Assembly (NCBI GenBank): GCA_964016885.1
Contig: OZ024741.1
Span: forward strand, 340,814,001 to 340,878,000
DNA: 64,000 bases
From: Eledone cirrhosa
Lineage: Eukaryota
Direction of reading: 5' to 3'
This document shows, piece after piece, positions 17,062 to 29,655 of the stretch (within the stretch, counting starts at the first letter, position 1; each line of letters starts with the position of its first letter). The position numbers and the translations under genes are program-made. Under the pieces are notes generated by a model. That model saw only the letters and a program-made list of their open reading frames with translations, did not search any database and had not been told where the DNA came from.

Positions 17062-17583
17062 TCAGGTCGCTCTAGAGTGCTACTGGTAACATGTAACCCA
17101 GTACAACCTGTCGCGTGGTCGGGTCGTCGGCGACTAAACTGACAACCCTACCAAGCTTGCTTAGTGAGGAGGGTGGACACCCTGCGGTATGAAATACAAG
17201 ACCCAGCAAAGGGCGGAGGAACTCAGCAGAGTCAACGGCCATCCAAATAGTACTTTATTCATTTTATTTTTTTACCTGGGAGTGAAAGGTCCCCAGTTGT
17301 TGTAACAACACCTTTCTAAGAGAAGGAAAACTCTGAAATAAAAGAACCCTACGACTTCGGAAGCATCCGATGATGTTGACCAGTTCTTCTTTTCGTGTAA
17401 TGTTTTCGATGCTCAGAGAGTGGGATTGCTCGAGTGCAAGGCCTTTCCCCACTTAAAAACCTTCAAAGCACAGGCATTGCTCGTTCAGAATCTGTTACAA
17501 GTTCGTGTGGCTGGCCGTAGCATATAAGTGCACCATTTTCTGTAATCTGACAAGCGATTGCAATACTTTTAGCTGAGTTTGCA

Positions 17584-17590
<7 letters not shown>
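17062..17590 (+). mobile_element. Non-autonomous RTE-like bipartite element (5' UTR joined to 3' end)
   Basis: Homologous to 22077-22475 (gtcaggtc..tgctactggtaacatgta.cccagtacaacctgtc; agaaggaaaactctga). Ends in gcagccatca like the 23190 end. Confidence 0.6.
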
Positions 17591-17658
<68 letters not shown>

Positions 17659-17683
17659 CGCGCGCGCGCGCGTGTGTGTGTGC

Positions 17684-17714
<31 letters not shown>

Positions 17715-17748
17715 TGTGTGTGTGGTACAGCATGTATACATATATATA

Positions 17749-17859
<111 letters not shown>

Positions 17860-18531
17860 TACAGCATGTATACATATATATAGTTTTATATATATATATA
17901 TATATATATATAAATATAATACATAAACAAGTGATGTTTGTTGGATAATGTTAAACCATAACGATATCATGTCGAGACACGCTGACATAATTACTAAAAC
18001 ATACACTGTATCCGTTATACGATGTTGTTTTTATTGTACTATTACTGTTGTTAATACTGTTGCTGTTAGTATTGATGTTGCTGTTCTTGATAGTGATGTT
18101 GCGGTTAATATTGTTGTTGTTAATGTTGATTTTTTAAAATATATAATTGTGTATATTGTTTAAAATGTTATCTCAGGTGTTGTTACTATTGTCGCCATCC
18201 TTATTGTTACTATAAATATACACTCGATGATGATGATGATGATGATGATGATGTTATTGGTGGCTGCAATGATGGTGATGACGGTGGTTGCGATGACGAT
18301 AGTGGTGATGTGGGTGATGGTGATGACAATAGTGATGATGGTGCGGCGGTGGCGGTGATGATGATGATGACGATGATGATAACAATAGTGATGATGGTGT
18401 CGGTGGCGGTGGTGTTGATGATGATGATGATGATGATTATTATAAGGATGATGGGGATGTCAGTGACCGCTGCTGATAATGAACTTACTACGCCTTCTCA
18501 AATGTTGCTTGTTCACACAAGGAACAAAATT

Positions 18532-18593
<62 letters not shown>

Positions 18594-19352
18594 ATATATA
18601 TATATATGGATATCTGTGTGTGCTTATATGTATGTACACCTCCCAACACACACATACACTCTCACATACACTCTCACATACACGCACACACACACACACA
18701 CACATACATACACTCTCACATACACGCACACACACATACATACACTCTCACATACACGCGCACACACACATACATACACACATACACACATACACACGCA
18801 CACAGACACACACAGACACACACGGACCCCCCCCCCACATATATATGCAGAGGTTATATTTAATTTGTTGGAATTCAAGGAGGTTAAACATTTTTTCAGA
18901 CTATCCAGGAACCTCCAACCGTTAACGTTGACTTTTTTTTATAAAAACATTATATAAAACAAATCTGTATTTTATCTGATGAAAGCGCACCATAATTTGC
19001 CTTGGTTGCCCTTTGTACGTCTGTACACATATATGTATGTACGTGTACATACTTATATTTAAGTAACAGCCGTACTAAGAGTGGGAAATGAAATTTCGTT
19101 TCATTTTTTCCGTTTATATATATATATATATATATATTTCGTTTCTGAATTTGTTTAGCAAGATTCTTTATCTGAAATCGTGTGTTGAAACCGATATTGT
19201 TATACTTTGGGAGGGTCATGTTGCCAATAAGAAACACACGCACCAGTTGCTTTCACTTCAATTTAATTTATTAAATATTTATAAATTTACAAATTTATAA
19301 ATTTCTGGTTGGTTGGTTGGTTCCACAACCAGATAGTTGTTTATATATATAT

Positions 19353-19397
19353 AGTCATAGTTCTTTCGTCACACACTCTGTGACCTCTTCAGTGACT
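19353..19397 (-). ncRNA. Minimal hammerhead ribozyme (sense to the ORF)
   Basis: Reverse complement: AGTCA-CTGAAGA-g-GTCACA-gagtg-TGTGAC-GAAA-gaaCTA-TGACT. Confidence 0.85.
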
Positions 19398-19680
19398 GGG
19401 GATTTCTTTCTTCGTTTCTGTGCCTTTCCTTTCTTCTATCCTACGCCATTTTGTTTGTGTGTGGGTTGCGTGCTCAGTTTGCGCATGCGCCACATCCGGG
19501 TGTCTGTGTGTGTTTGTGTTCATTTTTCTATTTTTCTATTTATATTTTTTTATTTGTTTGTTTATTTATTTATTTATTGTTGGTTGGTTGTTTGTTCTAT
19601 GTGTGTGTGTGTTTTCATTTTGTGTGTGTTTTCAATTGTAAGTTGTTTGTTCGATGTGTGTGTGTGTTTTCATTTTGTCC

Positions 19681-21660
19681 TTAATTGTAAGTTGTGATGT
19701 TGCTGTTCCACTCATATTTTCTATTTAATTTTGGTTTTAATTCTTTTATGCTTACTGCCTCTGTAATTTGCCTAAACATTGCGTCTTTCTTGTGTGTGGA
19801 TTCTATTTTTATTTCTATGCTCTCTAATTTACCCCTGTGTTCTATCTTAGCATGTTGGTAGAGCACAGATGATTCTTTATTATCTTGGAGGTCTCGCCAG
19901 TGTTCATTTATTCGTTCCCCTATACTACGAGCTGTCTCACCTATGTACACTACATTTTTGTTTCTACATTGTCCTTCAGTACATCTTATGCTATATACTA
20001 CATTTCTAGTTTTACAGTTAATATGGGGGCTTATTTTACAGGTTATACATTTCTTATCTATACATGAGGGTCTTTGGAACGGGTATGTCTTGCTAATAAG
20101 TGTTTTTACGGAGGTACCAGGTCTTTCTACTATCTTAATATTGAGATTATGTTTCTTTAGGGCCCTTCTAAATTTGTAGGCTAGTTCGCCTCTAGGGGTT
20201 GTATTGATGAACATTACACTCTGGTATTTATTGCTATCATACCATGAGTTTATTCTATTGGCCTTGTTCTTAGTTCTTTCTATTCTATTCCAAAATTTGC
20301 TCCTATACAAGGGGCAGGTCCCATTTATGTCATTATTTACCATTTTTTCCCATTTGGTTCTGGCTCCTTTATACACTCTGATTCTATCTCTCTGATTGTA
20401 GCCAGAGAACTGCATACGGTGGATGAAGTGTTGTATGTGTCTCTCTAGTTCTTCGGGGTTGCACATGCGGGACACATTTCTCATCACCCGTACCAAATCC
20501 GCAATCAGTATGTTGATTTTGGTATGGTCCGAAATGGCCGAGTTTCGGTGGATCAGATGTTTGGAAGTCATGGGTTTGGCATAATGGGAATGGAGGATTT
20601 GTTTTTGGTTGTTAATAGTATCTAACCAGAGCTCTGTGTCTAGTACAGGTAATCGATGGTTGGGGTGTCTACTTGGGTAGTCTATAGTAACTCTAATGCT
20701 CTGGTGGATGGAGTTTGCTATTTGCTGGATGCTTTCCATTGTGTTTTTCTCTAGTTCCTGACTGTTCTTTAGTGGGGGTGTCTTAACTACGATGTTTATA
20801 TCATCTACGTAGCGGGAGTACATTATCAGGGTTAAGCTGTCTTCTAATTGTTCATTAAGTTTTTGTTTAAGTCTACTGTCCCACCATACCATGAATAAGT
20901 TAGCTATGTCGCCTGCAATGCTAACACCAATGGCTGCTCCTTCCTCTTGGGCATATGTTTTACCATTAAATTTGAACATATGTTCCTTAAGGGTTAGTTT
21001 TATGCTGGCCCCTACCGCATGTGCAATCATTTTCTTCAGTTCATCATGGTTTTCGGGTGTCCGTATGGCTCTGGTCCACCCGTTCCATCTATCTGTGTGG
21101 GTTTTCTTGGCCATTGAGGTAATGGTAGGTGGTCTGCCTCTTGCTGGTCTTGTAGGGCACAGGTTGCTAAGGTCATAAGTGTCTAGGTAACTATTACTAT
21201 GGGTAAGCTTAAGTAGAAGTCCCAGCTCACTGGTATCAATCCCACGGAACTCAACCTTGCTCTCGCTGATCATTTCGACGCATTTCTCCACAGCAAAATC
21301 CACGTCAATAGATGGATACAGGGACACAACATCCATACTGCCTATTATGCAGTTTGTTAGGTCCCCAGATCGGTTACCCGCGCCGATTCTGCTGAGGAGG
21401 TCCTCCGTGCTGTCACACACATCTGGGGACATCTCAATGATGGGGCGTATGATCAGGGAGAGGAAGTAGGACAGTCTGTAGTTACTAGCAATGTTAGCCC
21501 CACAGACTGGCCGTGTTGGTGGTCCCGCGACAGGGTCCCAGCCCGTTTTATGGTCTTTACGAAGCCCATACAACGCCGGCACGTCATTGTTCCAGGCCTG
21601 GAAGTTGTTGGCAGTCCTTTTGTTGGGCTGCATTATATTTGTCCACATCACCATATGGGC
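19681..21660 (-). CDS. PLE reverse transcriptase + C-terminal GIY-YIG endonuclease (N-truncated, uninterrupted)
   Basis: LYGLRKDHK, TRPVCG, MDVVSLYPSI, QEEGAAIG, RYVDDI and PVLDT, then a Cys linker, VVYSIRC...YIGETARSIGERINEH and EA..I...LN. The ORF-track start lies in the inverted pLTR and is not native. Confidence 0.93.
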   Translation of the reverse strand, partial: AHMVMWTNIMQPNKRTANNFQAWNNDVPALYGLRKDHKTGWDPVAGPPTRPVCGANIASNYRLSYFLSLIIRPIIEMSPDVCDSTEDLLSRIGAGNRSGDLTNCIIGSMDVVSLYPSIDVDFAVEKCVEMISESKVEFRGIDTSELGLLLKLTHSNSYLDTYDLSNLCPTRPARGRPPTITSMAKKTHTDRWNGWTRAIRTPENHDELKKMIAHAVGASIKLTLKEHMFKFNGKTYAQEEGAAIGVSIAGDIANLFMVWWDSRLKQKLNEQLEDSLTLIMYSRYVDDINIVVKTPPLKNSQELEKNTMESIQQIANSIHQSIRVTIDYPSRHPNHRLPVLDTELWLDTINNQKQILHSHYAKPMTSKHLIHRNSAISDHTKINILIADLVRVMRNVSRMCNPEELERHIQHFIHRMQFSGYNQRDRIRVYKGARTKWEKMVNNDINGTCPLYRSKFWNRIERTKNKANRINSWYDSNKYQSVMFINTTPRGELAYKFRRALKKHNLNIKIVERPGTSVKTLISKTYPFQRPSCIDKKCITCKISPHINCKTRNVVYSIRCTEGQCRNKNVVYIGETARSIGERINEHWRDLQDNKESSVLYQHAKIEHRGKLESIEIKIESTHKKDAMFRQITEAVSIKELKPKLNRKYEWNSNITTYN

Positions 21661-21697
21661 ATTGAGGAAAGGCACAGAAACGAAGAAAGAAATCCCC

Positions 21698-21742
21698 AGT
21701 CACTGAAGAGGTCACAGAGTGTGTGACGAAAGAACTATGACT
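21698..21742 (+). ncRNA. Hammerhead ribozyme in the inverted pLTR
   Basis: Identical to 19353-19397 in opposite orientation. Confidence 0.85.
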
Positions 21743-21893
21743 ATATATATATAAACAACTATCTGGTTGTGGAACCAACCAACCAACCAGAAATTTATAA
21801 ATTTGTAAATTTATAAATATTTAATAAATTAAATTGAAGTGAAAGCAACTGGTGCGTGTGTTTCTTATTGGCAACATGACCCTCCCAAAGTAT

Positions 21894-21965
<72 letters not shown>

Positions 21966-22076
21966 CATTTGTCCGGTGTATTTGGTTAATTAGTCACACA
22001 TTGCAGTGATAGCTAATAACTATATTTACGCGCACATATGTATGTATGTATGTATGCATGTATGTATGTATGTATG

Positions 22077-23200
22077 TCAGGTCACCAGTTGGTGCTACTG
22101 GTAACATGTATCCCAGTACAACCTGTCTCATGGTCGGGTCGTTGGCGACTAAACTGGCAACCCCACCAAGGTTTCTTGGTGAGGAGGGTGACTTTGGACA
22201 TCCTACAGGACTAAAAACAAAACCTGTCAAAGGGCAAAGGAGCTCTTAAGAGTCAATGGCCATCCAAAATCACCGGGAGTGATGACCCCTTAGCCTTTGT
22301 CAAGGCAGAATTCTAGGAGAAGGAAAACTCTGATATAACACCTGCAACCCTGATGCTATCCAATGATGTTGACTTGTTCTTCTTTTTGGTAAATATCATC
22401 TTGGTTAAGAGAGTGGGACTGGCTTTGTGCAGTGCCTTTGCTCACTATAAAACCTTCACGGCACAGGCATTGCTTTATATCTGGAGATCTCTCTGCACTT
22501 GTCACATAGTACCATGAGCCCAGCACTATGTGTCAATAATTGTCACAAGTGTAGTGTTTGTACCAGAGTTTTCAAGTCGCTGGCTGGACTAAAAAGTCAC
22601 ACTCGTTCAGCGCATCGGTAAGGGTTCTCCTACATGGATATAAAGTAGTGGCCGTACTCGAAAACGAGTTGGCAGCCACCATGTATATATGTATGTATGC
22701 TGGACTCAAAAGTCATCTTCGCAGTCATAAAGTAAGACCAGTGGTTGACTAACAGGCTGCTGTTGGAGATGCTACTCATCATGCTTGCCAAGCATGTGGT
22801 AGAGAATGTAAATCAGCAGGAGGGCTCAAACGACATGCAAAAGTACATGAACTCCAACCACAGCCGGCTATTCCCAGTGAATGTTTTGGTTGGCAACTCT
22901 GTGCAAGGCATTTTAGATCTTTGGCTGGGCTAAATAGCCACAATCGATCGCAGCACTGTTAGTTGCTATCGTGTGTGTGTGTGTGTGTGTATGGATATGT
23001 TTATGTGTGTGCGTGTGTATATATATATATGTATATTATTATTGTTGTTGTTGTCGTTATTATTATTGTTGTTATTATTATTATTGTTATTAATATATAT
23101 GTATGTGTGTGTATATATATATATACATATGTGTGTATATATATATTTTTTTTCTCGTGCAATGGCCATACTCGATAACGAGGGGGCAGCCATCATCATG
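22077..23200 (+). mobile_element. RTE-like internally deleted element carrying 3-4 C2H2 zinc-finger motifs
   Basis: The RTE-like 5' UTR motif ctaggagaaggaaaactctga is followed by HKCSVCTRVFKSLAGLKSHTRSAH, AGLKSHLRSH, HACQACGRECKSAGGLKRHAKVH and xQLCARHFRSLAGLNSHNRSQH. The 3' end reads ccatactcgataacgagggggcagccatcatcat. Confidence 0.65.
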
Positions 23201-23850
23201 TATCTATGTATGTATGCATGTTTGTATGTATGTATGTATGTATGTATGTATGTATGTATGTATGTATGTATGTATATATGTATGTATGTATGCATGTATG
23301 TATTATTTCTTTTTTTTTTTTTACATAATAATAATAAATATCAATGGCAGGAAGCAAACACACATAAAGAAGTTGAAAAATGTTCCTAGGGAATAGGCGA
23401 ATGAGAAAACCACCGATTTAATGTCTAAGTAATGGTCTATAAATCATTAGAATATTCTTGTACAGGGAATCTGATCAAGCCACATGAACGTCTATCTACA
23501 CATAGCTATAAATCTATAGCTACGTTTCTATCTGTCTGTCTAGCTGTATTCTTTGCTCGACTCGTCAGGTTAAACTCTGTCAATAAGATAAGCTGTCAAA
23601 ACTGTTTCAGCTTAACCGTTGGTCAAATAATACCTATAGTTATATCTACATTTTACTTTCCTTAAGTGTAAAGTATGAAGTCATATAATGGTCTTACTAG
23701 TCCTAACTAATAACATCTCCATTTATATAGAACACTGGTGGGTTATATCTATGGGACGAGTTTGGTAGAAGTAAATCCACAACAGTTAGTTCACCATACC
23801 AAGAACAAATGTTTCATCTTATTCGGATCCTCATCTCGGTCTTTTTATAC

Positions 23851-23906
<56 letters not shown>

Positions 23907-24252
23907 GTATGTGTGTGTTGGTATGTGTGGGTGGGGGTGTACAAAAAAGTAAACAACACAGCTAACAACACAGTACAATGAAAACATATATTAGTCTAAC
24001 GCTTGATATAGTAGGAAAAGACTCTTTACGTTTTGAACACTAGTCCTTCGTCAGAAGATAGAATGAGAAATAAAAGAGAAAATAAAAAGATAGTAGGAAA
24101 AGGAAAGAATGGTAAACATTTTTTGAGAAAAAGCACGTGTGTATTGAGTCAGCTATTTACACACACATACACACACCCGCACGCATACACACACATACAC
24201 ACGCACGCATACGCACACACACAAACACATGCACTCACATACACACACACAC

Positions 24253-25028
24253 TAGGCCTGTTGAAAAGGTATTCGACATTTCGCTGGGAAAAGAAAATTA
24301 CGTATTTGGTGGGGTCCGATTGCTAATTGTCCTTGAAGCAGGCTTCTTGCGTTTCCATACACTTAGCCTGCCGATCCTTCCATTATTCGTAGAAACCCCA
24401 GGAATGCTTCAGAAACGTTTTTCGGCTCTCAAAGCGAGAACCTTTTGGTTGTAACTTCATTTTTGGAAACAACCAGAAGTTAGAAGAGTAGCGTGCCTCG
24501 CAAATGAGCGAAATGTATTTTTTTTTACAAGAAACCTTAATGAATGAGCTGGATGAGAAGGGAGGGCTATGGTGTAACTGCCAGTTTTGCGAGGCCCTAA
24601 AACCTTGTCTTTTACATCGAACTGCATCACAACACGTCTTTTGTAACTGTCTTTGTGTTGAAGCGCACAGTCAGCATCATCTTCATTTTGCTCCACACCT
24701 GCCGTGACTTTGGGAGCCATAATTATGTCTGATACCTACACTGTGATGACTGAGCTTTGGTTTCCAAGTCGTACCGACGTCTTATCTCCAGTTATTGGGA
24801 AACTTAGGAACCTTGTGGGTAGTAACGGGCAATATGAACATGAGCCGAAAATAGTATATCACCTCACACGCTGGCTGCCTGACAGTTACTGTCGCATCCA
24901 GACAGCTTGACAAATACGACGCATGCGCATGAATGTATGATGTTCCACTCAGCTCATTTTTGACTCTCTAACGTCATTACTTCCCACTAGAGAAAATATT
25001 GTTGGATACGTTTTCGACAGACTTCGTA
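24253..25028 (-). mobile_element. Deleted mariner element
   Basis: Imperfect TIRs (ggcctgttgaaaaggtattcgac / gttggatacgttttcgacagacttcgta). Minus strand reads NFWLFPKMK...GSRFES. An extra TIR lies at 25157-25198. Confidence 0.6.
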
Positions 25029-25052
25029 TCCCCCCCCCCACACACACACACG

Positions 25053-25126
<74 letters not shown>

Positions 25127-25375
25127 TTTATTTATTTATTTATACGTGTGTGTGAATACGAAGTCTGTCGAAAATTTATCCAACTATATTTTCTCTCTAT
25201 ATATATAAGAGGTGCAATAGCAGTCGAAGTGTACGAAAATGTTATACCTGCATAAATACAGGCCAGGTAACCGGGATTGCACCAATGTGTTTGTATGCCT
25301 CCATATGAGATATGTGTATATTTATATACACATTGGTACAGTCTTGATTACTCTGCATTTATACAAATATAACCA

Positions 25376-25408
<33 letters not shown>

Positions 25409-25436
25409 TTATATATATATGTATGTGTGTGTGTGA

Positions 25437-25489
<53 letters not shown>

Positions 25490-25491
<2 letters not shown>

Positions 25492-26455
25492 GGAGGGGAA
25501 AGATGAGTCTTAAAGTTGACCCAAGATCTGGACGTCCTGCAACTGCCATCACCGAAGAAAACATTGATCTTGTTCACCACATGGTGATGGATGACAGGCA
25601 ATTGACTATGAATTAAATAGTCAATACTAGTAGCATATCTCGTGAGAGAGTTGAGGATATTCTGCACAATGAACTTGGGATGACGAAGCTTTTTGCTCGG
25701 TGGGTGCCACATCTTCAGACACTGATTAAAGGCACACCAGACGGAGCACATAACGGGAATATCTGACAATGTTTGAGGCAGACCCAGCTGGTTTCTTTGA
25801 ACGTTTCCAGACCCAGGATGAGTGTTGGGTTGATCACTTTGAGCCAGAAACAAAGAGACAATCTATGCACTGGAAACACCCCTCCTCACCTACTCCAAAG
25901 AAGTCCAAGGTCGTGTTATCTGCTGGGAAAGTCATGGACTCAGTTTTTGGGGATGCAAAATTCATTGTATATTGATTATCTTCAAAAGGGCCACGCTATC
26001 AATGGATAGTACTATGCCAACATGCTGAGACACTTAGAGAAGGTTATCAAGACCAAACACCCAGGAAAACTGACGAAAGGGATATTGTTTCATTAGGACA
26101 ATGCTCCAGCACATAAGTCCTTTGCTTCAATGGTTGCTTTGCGTAACTGTGGCCTTGAACTGGTTGATCACTCTCCCTAATCTCCCGATTTGACCCCATT
26201 TGGATATCATGTGTTCTCCAACACGAGAAAACATTTAGCTGAGAATCAGTATCACAGTGATGATGACGTCATACCTGCTGTTGTTTTGTTTTTTTACCAA
26301 CAGAATAAAAGTTTCTTCACCAATGGGATCCAAGCACTGCAACACTGTTGAAAGAAGTGAGTGGGTCACAAGGGGGATTATGTTGAAAAATAAACCTCAT
26401 CTAGTCACATTCCATGAGAGTATATCAGCCTATGAACTTTTCAGCCGACTCTCGT
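25490..26455 (+). pseudogene. Mariner transposase remnant with 3' TIR
   Basis: DPRSGRP, ARWVPHL, TQDECWV.HFEPETKRQS, KVM.SVF, H*DNAPAH and P*SPDLTP motifs. Multiple stops. Ends in aacttttcagccgactctcgta. Confidence 0.9.
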
Positions 26456-26564
26456 ATATATATATAATATATAACCAAAAGTTAAACAAGGTTCATTGAT
26501 TAATCAATGAATATATTTTTACAATAGATTAGAAGCACTCAACAAAGAAGTTTTCTGGAGTTAT

Positions 26565-26664
26565 TAATATTACTTCAAAATATTAATAAATATAGACATT
26601 CATGTGATCAAATATTTTTGATCCCATGAATGTCTATATTTATTAATAGTTTGAAGTAATATTA
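26565..26664. repeat. Short fold-back palindrome with a pLTR-type tail
   Basis: taatattacttcaaaatattaataaatatagacattcatg / catgaatgtctatatttattaatagtttgaagtaatatta, preceded by aagcactcaac..ttctggag. Confidence 0.6.
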
Positions 26665-26684
26665 TATATCTATTATATATATAA

Positions 26685-26789
<105 letters not shown>

Positions 26790-26830
26790 TATATATATAT
26801 ATTTGTATTTATATATATATATGTGTGTTG

Positions 26831-26861
<31 letters not shown>

Positions 26862-26900
26862 ATATATATATATTTTTTATTTATCTCGGGAATTTAACCG

Positions 26901-26939
<39 letters not shown>

Positions 26940-26944
<5 letters not shown>

Positions 26945-27021
26945 ATGTGCCCCCAAAATGTATACACACTTCAACAGCATTCTAATCAAAGTGTGTATAC
27001 ATGTTTCGGGACACCCTGTAT
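26940..27021. mobile_element. ~80-bp Tc1/mariner-type MITE
   Basis: TIRs taaggatgtgccccaaaatgtatacacactt / aagtgtgtatacatgtttcgggacaccctgta, within TA. Confidence 0.65.
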
Positions 27022-27189
27022 ATATATTATCTCGTATATTATATTATATCCAGAATTACACTCAACCCTCTTTCCCCCTCATCTTGACATACCTACCATA
27101 ATTGTCATGCATACACACGTAATTATGTATATGTACATATATAATTAAAAACCTAGAGTTACACACAATAAATGGCGAGTTTGTGTGTA

Positions 27190-27251
<62 letters not shown>

Positions 27252-27419
27252 TGTATTGTACTTGAGGTTAAGAACCGAGCCTGTTATTATGAATGGACTC
27301 TTATCACAGCCGACTGTACATTGATAACAACCACTTCACTCGTGGACCACTTCTTTAGCTGTATGTATATATGTATGTGTTCATGTATGTATTCAAAAAA
27401 CTATGTATGTATGTTATCT

Positions 27420-27678
27420 CTTTCTCTTAATTTCGAGTATATTTTTTTGACCAGCCACCTTCCTGGTGGCAAGGTTGTAAAAGAAAAGAAATTGTCATCC
27501 CTTGAATCGCAAGAATGTTTTGCGAATTTTGAAGGTGCCAGCTATCGCAACCATTTGCAGACTATCAATTAGGGAGCTGCGCTCTTTGTCCGCAAATCCA
27601 AGTTCAGTCATACTTTGGTCCAAGCGGGTTGGTATATAACCCGTAGCTCCAATAATGATGGTTATGAAGCTAAAGATG
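27420..27678 (-). mobile_element. 3' fragment of a restriction-like-endonuclease non-LTR element (R4/Dong-like)
   Basis: Minus strand reads IIIGATGYIPTRL...LQMVAIAGTFKIRKTFLRFKG*, resembling the R4/Dong C-terminus. Embedded in (TATG)n. Confidence 0.6.
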
Positions 27679-27933
27679 TATGTATGTATTCATGTATGTA
27701 TTCATGTATATATGTATGTATATATGTATGTATTCATGTATGTATTCATGTATGTATGTATATACGTATGTATGTATGTATGTATGTATGTATGTATGTA
27801 TGTATGTATGTATGTATGTATGTATGTATGTATGTATGTATGTATGTATAGATGTATGTAGGATGTATAGATGGATGTATGGATGTATGTATGTATGTAT
27901 GTATGTATGTATGTATGTATGTATGTATGTATG

Positions 27934-27965
<32 letters not shown>

Positions 27966-28296
27966 ACGTTACAACTACTAAGCCAAGTACATCCATCTGA
28001 GATATAACACAACATACTTAAAAGGCAAAGGCAATCAAATATAGAAATATGACACTTGAAAGACAGAATCCATACTAAAAATACAAAACAACGAACACAA
28101 AATCCACGTAAATAAAACACTTAAACTATACATATTGAAGACTTAAGACCATGAAGATAAATTTACTGGAAGTAAATTAAACAACAGACTGGGCAAGATA
28201 CATAGAATCAAATACAAGACTTCTTATAGAATACAGACGAAAATAAATAAATAAATAACTAAATAAAATAACTCCGATAAAATACGAAACGTCGAT

Positions 28297-28355
<59 letters not shown>

Positions 28356-28358
<3 letters not shown>

Positions 28359-28940
28359 CGTTTCTGAATTTGTTTAGCAAGATTCTTTATCTGAAATCGT
28401 GTGTTGAAACCGATATTGTTATACTTTGGGAGGGTCATGTTGCCAATAAGAAACACACGCACCAGTTGCTTTCACTTCAATTTAATTTATTAAATATTTA
28501 TAAATTTACAAATTTATAAATTTCTGGTTGGTTGGTTGGTTCCACAACCAGATAGTTGTTTATATATATATAGTCATAGTTCTTTCGTCACACACTCTGT
28601 GACCTCTTCAGTGACTGGGGATTTCTTTCTTCGTTTCTGTGCCTTTCCTTTCTTCTATCCTACGCCATTTTGTTTGTCAAACAAAATGGCGTAGGATAGA
28701 AGAAAGGAAAGGCACAGAAACGAAGAAAGAAATCCCCAGTCACTGAAGAGGTCACAGAGTGTGTGACGAAAGAACTATGACTATATATATATAAACAACT
28801 ATCTGGTTGTGGAACCAACCAACCAACCAGAAATTTATAAATTTGTAAATTTATAAATATTTAATAAATTAAATTGAAGTGAAAGCAACTGGTGCGTGTG
28901 TTTCTTATTGGCAACATGACCCTCCCAAAGTATAACAATA
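28356..28940. mobile_element. ORF-less pLTR palindrome of the 19137-21900 family, with hammerheads at 28572-28616 (-) and 28738-28782 (+)
   Basis: 28356-28677 matches 19137-19458. It turns back at ttttgtttg-t-caaacaaaa (~28677), and the inverted arm ends at tataacaata. Confidence 0.92.
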
Positions 28941-28944
28941 TATA

Positions 28945-29140
28945 TATATATAAAACAGAGAATGTCTGTCTGTCTGACTCCCTAAAACTCAAGAACCACC
29001 CAACCGATTATTTTCAAACTTTACACAAGTAATACTTATGGTCCTATGAGTGTTTTGAGTAAAAGATATTTCAAATTTTCAACGCCCTAAGGATCGCATT
29101 AGGCGATTTAGCGATCTCTCTCTATAATTTTTAGTCTTTC
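28945..29140 (+). mobile_element. Possible non-autonomous Helitron/Helentron 5' fragment
   Basis: tatataaaacagagaatgtctgtctgtctg...caaccgattattttcaaacttt, similar to DINE/HINE-type cores. Confidence 0.4.
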
Positions 29141-29278
29141 TTTTTAGATAGATACATAGATATAACGTGCACCCTTATAATATCTGGCTCTCTGCACCAC
29201 GACATTATGACATCGCTGTGTGTGTGGTGCGTGTATATATGTATATATAGTGTGTGTGTATATATATGTATATATATA

Positions 29279-29362
<84 letters not shown>

Positions 29363-29610
29363 TGGCACGTTTTTCGAATTATTTACTTCTGATATATATA
29401 TATGTGTACAGATATTTTTGCATACACAATAACAAAATATCAACAAACGTATTTATTTCACGAGGCTCGATAAAGATAAATATATATCAAATATATAAGA
29501 ACCCTACAGCAAATCCCGATATGTACATATATATATGTACATATATAATTCTGCTAGTATATATATAAAATTTAAAAGGAGTTAAAGACTCACGTTGATC
29601 CCCTATAATT

Positions 29611-29655
<45 letters not shown>

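Larger units (their letters stand above)
19137..21900 (-). mobile_element. Young 5'-truncated Penelope-like element with an inverted 5' pLTR
   Basis: RT + GIY-YIG ORF. 21665-21900 is an apparently perfect inverted copy of ~19195-19430. TA tracts on both sides. Confidence 0.95.
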
